A stretch of DNA of 64,000 nucleotides. Source: Acidobacteriota bacterium. Its GTDB lineage: Bacteria; Acidobacteriota; UBA6911; RPQK01; JAJDTT01. Under the pieces are notes generated by a model, which searched no databases, was not told where the DNA came from, and saw nothing but the letters and a program-made list of their open reading frames with translations. Position numbers and translations under genes: made by a program. The stretch is from positions 5,856,001-5,920,000 of the forward strand of contig OZ253580.1 in NCBI GenBank assembly GCA_965263035.1, given 5' to 3'. Each line of letters begins with the position of its first letter. The first letter of the stretch is position 1. Below, piece by piece: positions 39,980 to 49,072 of this stretch.

Positions 39980-40428
39980 TGCTTCCAATGGGATCCCGCG
40001 TTTCCGGCGTCCGAGAAGTGGTTGACCCAGGCGGACGATCCCTGGCGGTCGTGACTCAGCGGAGGAAGCACGTGGAGGATCTCGGACCCAAAATGGGGCA
40101 TCTTTCTGGATCGTTCCCAAGCCTGCACCCAGACGCACGGCATCTCGGGAACCACCTCGCAATGTCCGTTCGGCCGCACCCCGCCACAGGGGCCGTTGCG
40201 GAGATTCTTGGGACAGGTCATGGGACAGGTCATCCCGGTGCTGTGCAGGACGCACTGTCCGCACATGCGACAGTCGAACACGGCGCCTTTGGTCAATCGC
40301 TCCGCCGGAATCAGGAGCCGTTCGATCCGGCTCCCGGGTTTGAGCGACGACCGGAACCAACCAAGAATTTTTAGACTAATCAGATAGATCGACTCCAATA
40401 CCTGAGGATGGTTCTGAAGGAATCTCAC
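39976..40428 (-). CDS. MetV-like (MTHFR C-terminal domain) Fe-S/Zn protein
   Basis: CRMCGQC..CPMTCPKNLRNGPCGG..CEV..CVW; coupled to metF. Confidence 0.85.
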   Translation of the reverse strand: MRFLQNHPQVLESIYLISLKILGWFRSSLKPGSRIERLLIPAERLTKGAVFDCRMCGQCVLHSTGMTCPMTCPKNLRNGPCGGVRPNGHCEVVPEMPCVWVQAWERSRKMPHFGSEILHVLPPLSHDRQGSSAWVNHFSDAGNAGSHWKQ

Positions 40429-40447
40429 AGTTTTCCCCTGCGCTTGT

Positions 40448-42085
40448 TCAGCCTGTCGGACCCGAATCCAGTACCGCCGGCATGGCCTTGAACAGACATC
40501 CTTCCACAAAAATATCGAAGAAGTCTTCGGTCGTCTCCAACTCGATGTGTTCAATACGCCTGACCATCTCCTCGATGCGACGCCTGAGGGTCCGGCTGGT
40601 CAACATGAGTGTGGCTCCCTCAAGCGCGCTGTTTCCCACCTTGGCTACGCGGCCTTGGGGAAGCGGGGGGATGAACCCGATGGACATGGCGTTGTCCACG
40701 TTGACGTAGTTGGCGAAGCCTCCCGCCAGATAGAGCCGCTTGAGCTGGACCGGCGAGACCCCGTACTTCCTCAGAACGATCCACTGACCCGAGTAGTTGG
40801 CGGCCTTGGCCTGGGCCAGCGCGCTGATATCGGCTCGGGAGAGGAAAATCCCGCGTTCGCCCGGAATGGTGAAGCGGTCCAGCCCGCCTGCAAGAACACC
40901 GAGATAGTTCATGTCCTCGGTCCGGAGCAACTCTGCCAGGAGGTCGATCAAGCCCGAACCGCAGATCCCCTCCGGCGCGGCTCCACCGATGGTCTTCCAA
41001 ATCACCGCTCCGTTCCGGAGTTCGACCGACTCGATGGCGCCTTCGTAGCCGGGCATGCCATAGGTGATCTCGCCCCCCTCGAAGGCCGGTCCGGCGGGGC
41101 AAGAGGCGGCCATCATGCCATGGCGATTGCCGACCACCACTTCCGTGTTGGTTCCCACATCCACCAACATGACCACGTCTTCTTCCTCATCCATGCCGAC
41201 GGCAAGAAGGTCGGCGGCCACGTCGGCGCCGACATGGGAACCGATCAGCGGCCCCCCGTAAACGTTGGCGCCAGGGTGGACCCTGAGTCCCAGATCCCGA
41301 GCCTGGAAATTCAGGACAGTGTCGGCCCTTTCGCCCCGTTCCATTTCCAGTTGGGTGCTGGACTGGTACGGTTTCTCGCCGATGGACTGGATGTCGAGAC
41401 CGAAAAACAGGTCCCGCATGGCAGCGTTGCCCACGATCACGACCTCGTAGATCTGGCGCCGTGGAACCCCCGCCATCCGACGCAGTTCGCGGATCTCATA
41501 GTTGAGTCCGGCAATCACCGAGTTCTGAAGCTCCCCGTGAAAAGATCCACCGTCATAGGAAATCCGGCGCATGATGTCGCTGCCGCCGAATCTCTGCGGA
41601 TTTTCGAACGAACCGGTGTACAGGATGCCTCCGCTTCGCAGATCCACCAGATTGAAGGCGATGGTCGTCGTCCCCAGGTCCACGGCAAGGCCGTAGATCC
41701 CCCCCCGATAGGAGTCGATGACGTTGCCGTCATAGACGACATCGGTTCCCTGAAGCCGAGTCATTGGCTCGATGGGAGCTTGGCGGCGAACGGCTTGGGT
41801 AAGGATCCTGGGACGGCGGCGCAACAGGGCAAATTCAATGTTGGCGTTCGCGTCCAGAACCCGCGCTTGACAGGCAAGCCGATAGTCGTCGCGAAGAAAC
41901 TGCTCGGCCTCGGTGCCTGGGGTCAGTGCTTCCCCGCCCCGGAGGATCTGGACAATACACTCGTGACACTCGCCACTACGGCGACAGGAGGTGGGGACCC
42001 GCACCCGAAGGTCGTCGGCATAGTCGAAAACGGTCTTGCCGGGCACAAGATCCAGCTTGCGATTACCGTAATTGAGGGGCGACAT
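40448..42085 (-). CDS. ASKHA-type reductive activator of corrinoid enzymes (RACE/DUF4445) with N-terminal 2Fe-2S domain
   Basis: SCRRSGECHEC..RLACQ, DLGTTT, ENPQRFGGSDIMRRI, DVGTNTE, AGPAFEG, GICGSG, AGGFANY, GNSALEG. Confidence 0.92.
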   Translation of the reverse strand: MSPLNYGNRKLDLVPGKTVFDYADDLRVRVPTSCRRSGECHECIVQILRGGEALTPGTEAEQFLRDDYRLACQARVLDANANIEFALLRRRPRILTQAVRRQAPIEPMTRLQGTDVVYDGNVIDSYRGGIYGLAVDLGTTTIAFNLVDLRSGGILYTGSFENPQRFGGSDIMRRISYDGGSFHGELQNSVIAGLNYEIRELRRMAGVPRRQIYEVVIVGNAAMRDLFFGLDIQSIGEKPYQSSTQLEMERGERADTVLNFQARDLGLRVHPGANVYGGPLIGSHVGADVAADLLAVGMDEEEDVVMLVDVGTNTEVVVGNRHGMMAASCPAGPAFEGGEITYGMPGYEGAIESVELRNGAVIWKTIGGAAPEGICGSGLIDLLAELLRTEDMNYLGVLAGGLDRFTIPGERGIFLSRADISALAQAKAANYSGQWIVLRKYGVSPVQLKRLYLAGGFANYVNVDNAMSIGFIPPLPQGRVAKVGNSALEGATLMLTSRTLRRRIEEMVRRIEHIELETTEDFFDIFVEGCLFKAMPAVLDSGPTG

Positions 42086-42198
42086 GAAAGCGCGCTCCCA
42101 ACGCCAGCGACCCACCGGGGCGATTGCAAGTACGTCTAGTGAAAGTGGTCACGGAATCCGGTCAGCTCACAGCCCGCGGCAAACGCCGTGCCGGAAGG

Positions 42199-42465
42199 CT
42201 AAGCTTCCCAGGCATCCCGATAATCCAGATCGTCACTTCCGGTACAGAGTGGCAACCCTGCAGAACCATGACGCCTGGACTGGTTTCGACACCCGAAACG
42301 GGCGGTGCAGCAATCTTGGGCATTCTTGTAGGGACACCGCCACTTGGATACGAGATTGGCGTTTTCGCCGATCTGCCGGTAGATCTCCCAAAGGCGATCC
42401 AGACTGGCCTTGAGTTTGGCCTTGTCAACAGGTTGGAAGTTCCCGGGGGCGTCTGTTCGCGGCAC
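42199..42465 (-). CDS. Small Cys-rich hypothetical protein (~88 aa)
   Basis: Co-oriented ORF filling the gap in the operon; RCPYKN..CCTARFGCRNQ..C..LDYRDAWE. GTG start inferred. Confidence 0.65.
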   Translation of the reverse strand: MPRTDAPGNFQPVDKAKLKASLDRLWEIYRQIGENANLVSKWRCPYKNAQDCCTARFGCRNQSRRHGSAGLPLCTGSDDLDYRDAWEA

Positions 42466-42490
42466 TGGACTATATCCGACGAGGAGTATC

Positions 42491-43258
42491 TTAAGGGTAT
42501 TCGGAGGCGGCTTGCTGCGGCGCTTTCTGCCCGACACCCAGGAGTTCCTTGGCCTTTTCCACACAGTCAATGGCGTCCTTGCCATAACGGTCGGCCCCCA
42601 TGTCGTCCGCGAACTCCTGAGTCACGGGAGCTCCACCCACCATCGTGCTGACGACATCTGTCAGACCCGCATCTTCCAAGGCCTGGATGGTTCTTCCCAT
42701 GTTGGGCATGGTCGTCGTCAGCAGGGCGGACATTCCGACGACCTGGGGCTCGTATTCGAATACCGAATCGACAAACTCGTCCGGCTTGGTATCGACACCC
42801 AGATCATGCACGACGAAACCGGCTCCCCGGAGCATCATGATGCACAGATTCTTTCCGATATCGTGGAGATCTCCCTTGACGGTTCCCATGACCACGGTGC
42901 CCATGGGTGGAATATCGGAAGCGGACAGTATGGGCTCGATATGCTTCATCCCGGCCTTCATGGCGCGGGCTGAAATCAGAACCTCGGGAACGAAAATGAT
43001 GTTGTCCCGGAATTTGATCCCGACCAGAGCCATTCCGGCAATCAGTCCGTCATCCAGCAGCGTGTTGGCGGCGTAACCGGTGTCCAGAGCCTCCCTGGTC
43101 AGGCGGTCGACTTCATGCTGGTTACCCACGATCAAGGCATAGCTGATGTTTTGCATCAAAGGATCGGCGTTCCGAAAGAGCGACTTGATGTGCTCTCGCT
43201 CGTGCCGGCGCGCAACGTGGCGGAGTTCCCTTGTCAGGCCCTCGTTAATATTAGACAT
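42491..43258 (-). CDS. Corrinoid (B12-binding) methyl-carrier protein
   Basis: Cap domain FVPEVLISARAMK and GTVKGDLHDIGKN (DxHxxG)..DLGVD..SALLTTTM..MVGGAPVT. Confidence 0.95.
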   Translation of the reverse strand: MSNINEGLTRELRHVARRHEREHIKSLFRNADPLMQNISYALIVGNQHEVDRLTREALDTGYAANTLLDDGLIAGMALVGIKFRDNIIFVPEVLISARAMKAGMKHIEPILSASDIPPMGTVVMGTVKGDLHDIGKNLCIMMLRGAGFVVHDLGVDTKPDEFVDSVFEYEPQVVGMSALLTTTMPNMGRTIQALEDAGLTDVVSTMVGGAPVTQEFADDMGADRYGKDAIDCVEKAKELLGVGQKAPQQAASEYP

Positions 43259-43382
43259 GCTGGAATTGCAGCCAGATCAACTAATTTGACAGACGCCAAG
43301 ACGACTTAAGAGAGAAATTAAACCTTTTCGGGTCGAGGTTTGTCAAACCGGACGGCGGACGGGACAGGGCTCTGAGAAAGCT

Positions 43383-44429
43383 TTACGCCCCGCTCAACCT
43401 CCCAGCCCGCCACGCCTGGATGTAGTTCATGCAGAAATCGTCCCGGCCCAAAAGCATGTCCCGAGCCAACCCGACTTTCTCCGAATTCAGGTCCAGGGCG
43501 AAGACGTCCTGCACGCGATTCTGGACAGGATCCATGATGGCGGCATCGATGCCGACTTCCAGACTCAGGTGAATGAAGGTCGCGTTGATGAGCTTCCGAT
43601 TGGGAAGGCCGAAGGAGACATTGCTCAACCCGCCGGTGACGTGGACCTCGTTTCCGAAGATTCTCCGCACCTCCCTTACCGCATCCAGAAAATGATGTCC
43701 GTAATCGGGGGAGACCGAAATCGGAAAGACCAGACAGTCGATGTACACATCGTCCAGAGCGAATCCTTGCCTCACGACCGCCTCCATGACCTGTTCCACG
43801 TTGGAAATCCGGTCGTCCGCGTCTTCCGGCATTCCCTCTTTCCCGGCGGCCGTCACAATCATGCGTGCATTGTTTTCCTGAACCAGATCCAGGGTTTCCA
43901 ACCGCTCCAGAGCCACGGAATTGACCAGAGGGCGGTGCGATCTGCGGGTGTGGGCTGCCAACCCCGCCGCGATGATCTCCGAATTTGAAGAATCGATGCT
44001 GAGCGGCAACGCCGTCATCTCCTGGACTTGTTGCACGAGCCAAGTCATGGCTCGCTTCTGAACACCGAGATCATAGGAGACCTCGTCCACGTTCAGATCA
44101 AGGAAATGGGCTCCGGTGGCTTCCTGGCGCCGGACCTCGAACTCGATGTAGGCGGTCCCCTCCGCCTCCTCTGCCGGATCGCCGCCGAGTCCCTTCTGGA
44201 CCGCAATCATGAAATGCTTGATTTGACCTTGCTCGTAGGGCTGCGTCTTCTTGAAACTCTCCGGCACCCGGAGATACCGGCGGTCACCCGGACTGGGATC
44301 GAAGAAGACGGCTTCCGCTCCGTCGGGCGCCGTCGCAGTCCGCTTGCCATTACGCAAGACGATGCGAGTCGTATGAATGTTCTCTCCGATGATGATCAGA
44401 CCGCCGGGTTCATGGATGAGCTTTGACAT
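43383..44429 (-). CDS. Methyltetrahydrofolate:corrinoid methyltransferase (AcsE/MT-II, pterin-binding fold)
   Basis: IIGENI, FLDLNVD, LSIDS, VNSV, YIDCLVFP, GGLSNVSFGLPNRKLIN, AIMDP. Confidence 0.88.
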   Translation of the reverse strand: MSKLIHEPGGLIIIGENIHTTRIVLRNGKRTATAPDGAEAVFFDPSPGDRRYLRVPESFKKTQPYEQGQIKHFMIAVQKGLGGDPAEEAEGTAYIEFEVRRQEATGAHFLDLNVDEVSYDLGVQKRAMTWLVQQVQEMTALPLSIDSSNSEIIAAGLAAHTRRSHRPLVNSVALERLETLDLVQENNARMIVTAAGKEGMPEDADDRISNVEQVMEAVVRQGFALDDVYIDCLVFPISVSPDYGHHFLDAVREVRRIFGNEVHVTGGLSNVSFGLPNRKLINATFIHLSLEVGIDAAIMDPVQNRVQDVFALDLNSEKVGLARDMLLGRDDFCMNYIQAWRAGRLSGA

Positions 44430-44449
44430 GGAACACCCGGTTGGCGCCT

Positions 44450-45487
44450 TCAGGCGTAGTGATCCCGGCACCAGTCCTTGACCGCCCGTGGAATCTCGAT
44501 GAGGTTTTCCAGTTTGGTAGCCAGGGGAATGGCACACTCAGGGGAAATCATATCGACGCCCGCCGCCATGCATTCGTTGACGGCCGCTCGGACCTCCTCC
44601 GGCCCTCGGCTATAGAGGAGTTCCGGGTTGTTCAGATTCCCCACCAGGCGTATCCGTCCGGCAGCGATCTTCATGGCATCGGCAGGGTTGTTTTTGGAGT
44701 CGAAGTGGAAACAAGCCATTCCGGATTGAGCGATATAGTCCAGGCGATCCAACGTCTGGCCGCAGATATGGAGAATGAGCGGACACGGGATTCGCTCGCA
44801 CATCTCCTTGTGGATCTCCAACAGGAATCTACGATAGTACTCACCGCTCACCAGATCTCCGGTGGCGTGATCCGGAAAGGTCAGGGCATCGGCGCCCGCT
44901 TCGATCTGGGCCAGGGAAAAAGCAACCGAGATTTCCTTGAGCCGATCCAGACAGAGCATGGTCATCCCTGGGTCATCAATGCTCATGAGCAGAAACTTCT
45001 CCACGCCGAAGACATGATAGGCTAATGTCCAAGGCCCCATGGCTTTGCCGATGACGGCCACCTCGTCACCGTATTCCTTCTTCAGGATCCGGAGCGACTC
45101 CAGGACGCAGACATTGTCCGGATGGGTCAGGAAATCCTTCGGCATATGGATGTCGTCCGGCCCCGACCAGATCGGGTTGTTCATCCGTACCGTGGGCCAG
45201 TTGTCCTTGATCTCCCACTGCATGTCACATCCCAGGGCGGAAGACTCCTGGATGATGGTGAACACCGGCATGATGCAATCAAAGCCCAACTGGGTGTATC
45301 CCGTTGCCGCCAAGCGCGCGTTGAGTTCGGCGTCACGGCACGCGTCCGGAAACGGTGCGTCCACCATGTCCATGAGTTCCACGGTGGCGATATTGGTCGG
45401 ATTGCACACCGGGGGCCGATCCACCGGCTTGCCGGCCAGCGCGTTCATCACTCGCTCTCTGGGGGTCATGGTCTCCACGAATGGCAT
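44450..45487 (-). CDS. MtaA/CmuA-family methyltransferase (URO-D fold)
   Basis: MTPRERV..G..VDRPPV, ESSALG, GPWTLA, EAGAD, LHICG, VGNL, SPEC (HxC...C Zn motif). Confidence 0.88.
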   Translation of the reverse strand: MPFVETMTPRERVMNALAGKPVDRPPVCNPTNIATVELMDMVDAPFPDACRDAELNARLAATGYTQLGFDCIMPVFTIIQESSALGCDMQWEIKDNWPTVRMNNPIWSGPDDIHMPKDFLTHPDNVCVLESLRILKKEYGDEVAVIGKAMGPWTLAYHVFGVEKFLLMSIDDPGMTMLCLDRLKEISVAFSLAQIEAGADALTFPDHATGDLVSGEYYRRFLLEIHKEMCERIPCPLILHICGQTLDRLDYIAQSGMACFHFDSKNNPADAMKIAAGRIRLVGNLNNPELLYSRGPEEVRAAVNECMAAGVDMISPECAIPLATKLENLIEIPRAVKDWCRDHYA

Positions 45488-45505
45488 TCCATCTGCTCCT
45501 TGGGA

Positions 45506-46180
45506 TCAGAGAGGGCTGAAGCCCGCGGTTCCGGTGGTGAGCTGACCTCTTTGGGCCGAACTCTCCAACATGTTCTCCACGGCGCTGATGTTGCGGGAGA
45601 AGGGGAACAGGAGCCGGACCAACGGCTCGTGACGGTGTCCACAGTTGAAGGAGACACCGAGGTTTCCCGCCTGCTCCATCTCGCCGTACTTTCGAAAGCC
45701 CATCGTAATGGCACGCAGGCGAAAAGGAGCGTTACGCGCCTCGCCCTGAGCCGAGACCTGGTAGACCCAACGATTCTCGGAGTGGTGAGGCGTGAGCTTC
45801 AAAGTCAATGGACTACGGGTATCCCGAAGCACCATCTCGCCCGTGGCGTGTGAATAATTCGGATCCTTTTCCACCGCTTGCGGCATCAGAAACTTGAGCG
45901 GTCTCGAATGAAGTACTCCACAGGGAAATCGAACCTGGTTCCTGCTGCCCTCTACGGCAACCAAGCCACCCAAATTGCAAAGTTGGTCTCGGATTCTTTC
46001 GATCCGGTCCTCGACCCCCGCCTTCTTGCCGTAGGTCCAGACGGTCAACAGACCGTCTTTCTCGTATAGACCGACGGTAATGTCGTGGAAATGCGGGTCC
46101 ATGGAAACCAGTTCGACGCAGCGCCCGTAGCGCTCGATCATCTCCTCCACCTGGGAAAGCTGACCTTCCCTACCCTTCAT
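45506..46180 (-). CDS. Hypothetical protein with a duplicated FxCGxxH motif
   Basis: Operonic ORF (ATGA overlap with the upstream gene); VRFPCGVLH and VSFNCGHRH. Confidence 0.75.
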   Translation of the reverse strand: MKGREGQLSQVEEMIERYGRCVELVSMDPHFHDITVGLYEKDGLLTVWTYGKKAGVEDRIERIRDQLCNLGGLVAVEGSRNQVRFPCGVLHSRPLKFLMPQAVEKDPNYSHATGEMVLRDTRSPLTLKLTPHHSENRWVYQVSAQGEARNAPFRLRAITMGFRKYGEMEQAGNLGVSFNCGHRHEPLVRLLFPFSRNISAVENMLESSAQRGQLTTGTAGFSPL

Positions 46181-46554
46181 GGCGAATTGCTCCCGGATGT
46201 TGCAGGACCCGGATCGTCACAGATCCAGCGCTCAAGTGCGCCAGGCCGCTCATCCCGCTGACCAGCACGGTGGAGCCGACAAATCCGGGCCGCCAAGTCC
46301 TCAGGAAGTCCTTGATTGAATCGACCCGCCCAAGCTTGGGCAAGCTGGCGTGGATCTCCCGAGTCCTGACCCTGATCCACCCACTCCCACCCCTCCAAAT
46401 AGGCATCGCTCCCCATGCTCCCTTCGAACATGGCAACGGCGTCCACCGCTTCCTGGAACCGGTGGTCCAGCGGTTCCGAAAATCGATCGCCACCGGATTC
46501 GACCTGTACCTGGACGGGGATCTCTTTCCAGTAGAGGACTCTGATTCTGGCCAC
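46177..46554 (-). CDS. 'Virulence factor' family (CvfC/Virulence_fact-like) small protein
   Basis: YWKEIPVQV..RFQEAVDAVAM..DAYLEGW; GTG start after GGGAG. From memory this family is often encoded near metF and B12 genes. Confidence 0.75.
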   Translation of the reverse strand: MARIRVLYWKEIPVQVQVESGGDRFSEPLDHRFQEAVDAVAMFEGSMGSDAYLEGWEWVDQGQDSGDPRQLAQAWAGRFNQGLPEDLAARICRLHRAGQRDERPGALERWICDDPGPATSGSNSP

Positions 46555-46693
46555 GATTTGGACTCCCACGAGAGGCGATCCAGCCTGGACTACCGTCAGA
46601 ACCGGATCTACGGGACGTCTCCCCTTGCCAAGTCGGTTTCGGCGACCATTCCTCGGGGGGCGAAGGTGACCTGCTCCGTCCCACGGGAAAGTC

Positions 46694-46722
46694 AGGCTAC
46701 ACCAGCGTGGACACCCTGTAAA
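46694..46722 (-). promoter_or_regulatory. Candidate sigma70 promoter of the methyltransferase operon
   Basis: Minus strand reads TTTACA-N17-TAGCCT, about 140 bp upstream of the first start codon. Confidence 0.45.
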
Positions 46723-46833
46723 GCCCGCCGGCGCCGGATACTCCCGGCCATGTGGCTGGTGCTGCGCGGTCCTTTCACCGACTCCGATACGCCTTTCTTG
46801 ACTTGGTCGGAGCCACTTCCGCAAAATGTCGTC

Positions 46834-47691
46834 ATGGATGTCTACGAGGAAATTGTCCGGCTCCGGCGTGAAGGACGTTCGGGCGCAGTGGCCACCATTG
46901 TCCGGCGCCTTGGGAGCACTCCCCGGAAAGACCATGCCAAGATGCTGGTCCGCCAGGATGGAAGCTTCGTGGGCACCGTCGGCGGCGGCTGTGTCGAAGC
47001 CGAAGTCTGGCGCCATGCCAACCAGGTCATGGAATCGGGCCGGGCCACACTGGTCAAATATGAATTGACCCAGGAAGATACGGAAAACGAGGGCTTGGTC
47101 TGCGGCGGAACCGTGGAGATATTCATCGAGCCCGTGATTCCCGAGCCCACGTTGATTCTCATGGGAGCCGGACACTTGGGGCAGGCCATCGCCGCGGCTG
47201 CCGACAAGGTCGGTTTTCAGGTCGTAGTCCTGGATGACCGGGAGGCTTTCTCCAATCGCCAACGATTTCCCCGCGCCCGGGAGGTGATCGTAGACTCCTT
47301 CCGGACGGGTCTCTCCCAGACATCGGTGACTATCAACACCTTCATCCTGGTCATCACTCGGGGTCACAGCCACGACCACGCCGCAATGGAACAGGCCATT
47401 CAGACCGAGGCCCGATACGTGGGACTGGTGGGCAGTCGCCGAAAGATCCAGCTGATCGTCGATAGCCTTCTGCAACAGGGATATCCGCCCGATCTGTTCG
47501 AGAACCTCTATGCTCCCATTGGACTGGCCATCGGATCTGAGACTCCGGAAGAGATCGCAATCAGCGTCGTCGGTGAACTGATCGCCATCCGCAAGGGCGT
47601 GCATGAGCGGAACCGAAAACAACGTTTCGTTCGGAAAATCCTGGAGCGCGCAAGAACAAAGCAAGCTCCAGCCCAGGTTGCTGCCGGCTAG
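46834..47691 (+). CDS. XdhC/CoxI-family molybdoenzyme maturation factor
   Basis: GSTPR..AKM..GTVGGGCVEAE, CGG, MGAGH, TRGHSHD, YVGLVGSRRK, APIGLAIGSETPEEIA. Confidence 0.92.
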   Translation: MDVYEEIVRLRREGRSGAVATIVRRLGSTPRKDHAKMLVRQDGSFVGTVGGGCVEAEVWRHANQVMESGRATLVKYELTQEDTENEGLVCGGTVEIFIEPVIPEPTLILMGAGHLGQAIAAAADKVGFQVVVLDDREAFSNRQRFPRAREVIVDSFRTGLSQTSVTINTFILVITRGHSHDHAAMEQAIQTEARYVGLVGSRRKIQLIVDSLLQQGYPPDLFENLYAPIGLAIGSETPEEIAISVVGELIAIRKGVHERNRKQRFVRKILERARTKQAPAQVAAG

Positions 47692-48909
47692 TACCCAATA
47701 ACATGTAATTGTTCGTATACTATGGTGGGAGGCTGGAGGACTCGGAAGGAGGAGTTCTCATGGCACCACGCTATCGTGTCACGCTCACTGTGGAAGAGCG
47801 CTCAGAATTGAAGGCCTTGACCCGGGCCGCGACCAAGACCACCGGCAAGCGGTTCCTGTACGCGCGGGCTCTGTTGTTGTGCGACCGCGGGCCGGAAGGG
47901 CCGGGATGGACCGTGGCCCGGGTGGCCGAGGCGCTGGGCGTCTCAACCCGCACGATCGAGCACTTGAAACGGCGGTTTGTGGAGCAGGGTTTGGAGTTCG
48001 CCTTGGAGCGCAAGCGGCGGGTGCGGCCGCCGCGGAAAGTGATCTTCGACGGCGCGTTCGAGGCTCGCCTGGTCGCCTTGGCCTGCTCTCCGGCCCCGCC
48101 AGGACGGAAGCGCTGGACCCTGCGCCTGCTGGCGGAGAAAGTAGTGGAACTGGGCTGGGTCGAGCGGGTGTCGGTGATGACGGTGCAGCGGACGCTAAAA
48201 AAAACCAACTGCAGCCTCATCGGAAGAAGTATTGGCGGATCCCGCCCCGGGGCAGCGCCGCATTCGTAGCCTGCATGGAGGACGTTTTAGAAGTCTATGC
48301 CCGTCCGTACGACCCCCGTCGTCCGGTGGTCTGCATGGACGAGACCAACAAGCAGTTGATCGGAGAAGTGCGGGAGCCTTTGCCGGTCGCGCCCGGCCAG
48401 CCGGAGCGAGTCGAGCATGAGTATGTGCGCAACGGGGTCGCGCAGATCTTCCTGGAGGTGGAGCCACTGACCGGCCGCTGCCATGTGGAGGCGACCGAGC
48501 GGCGCACGCGACAGGATTGGGCCCGGTGGATCGAGGGCATGTTGGAGAGGCGATACCCGGAGGCCGAGCGGGTGGTCCTGGTCTTGGACAACCTGAACAC
48601 GCACGGAATCGAATCGCTGTACGCGACCTACGAGCCTCGACACGCTCGCCAACTGGCACAACGACTGGAAATCCACTACACGCCGAAGCACGGCAGTTGG
48701 CTCAACATTGCAGAAATCGAATTGAGCGCGCTGTGCGGACAATGCCTGGACCGCCGGATTCCAAGCCTGGCCGGGATGCAACGTGAGATCGGGGCTTGGG
48801 TTGCGGATCGGAACCAACGGCAAACCGAGATCGACTGGCAGTTCAAGACGGAGGATGCACGGATCAAGCTGAAGAGCCTGTATCCACAACTTTAAGTGTT
48901 ACGGGGTAC
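47691..48909 (+). mobile_element. IS630-family insertion sequence, apparently complete
   Basis: Terminal inverted repeats GTACCCAATAACA / GTACCCCGTAACA; TA duplication at 47689-47690 and 48910-48911. Confidence 0.92.
47760..48895 (+). CDS. IS630 transposase, two ORFs joined by a probable -1 frameshift at the A8 run 48197-48204
   Basis: HTH ORF (RWTLRLLA..TLKK) plus DDE ORF (CMDE, LDNLNTH, YTPKHGSWLNIAEIE); -1 slippage gives LKKNQLQPH. Confidence 0.9.
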
Positions 48910-48911
48910 TA

Positions 48912-49072
48912 GGAGTCTGCGCGGTAGAAATGATCGTAGCGAGAAAGTGGGGAATCGAGGCCGGATTTTCTCGATTTGGAGGTGCATAGTTGTTCTATTC
49001 GCCGAGAAATCGGGGAAATATGGACCGATTCTACCGCTTTCGCAGTAGATCAATTTCTGCGGCGCAGGCTCC
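48912..49072. repeat. MITE-like palindromic repeat, family 1, copy 2
   Basis: Near-identical to 16583-16743; directly abuts the IS630 right end. Confidence 0.92.

Noticed and set aside
46555-46833. Cobalamin, SAM or Moco riboswitch between the B12 operon and xdhC
   Set aside because: No B12-box or other consensus elements were found by eye.
46177-47664. 495-aa minus-strand ORF that looks like a fusion
   Set aside because: Only the last ~125 codons are protein-like and have their own GTG and RBS; the rest is antisense to xdhC.
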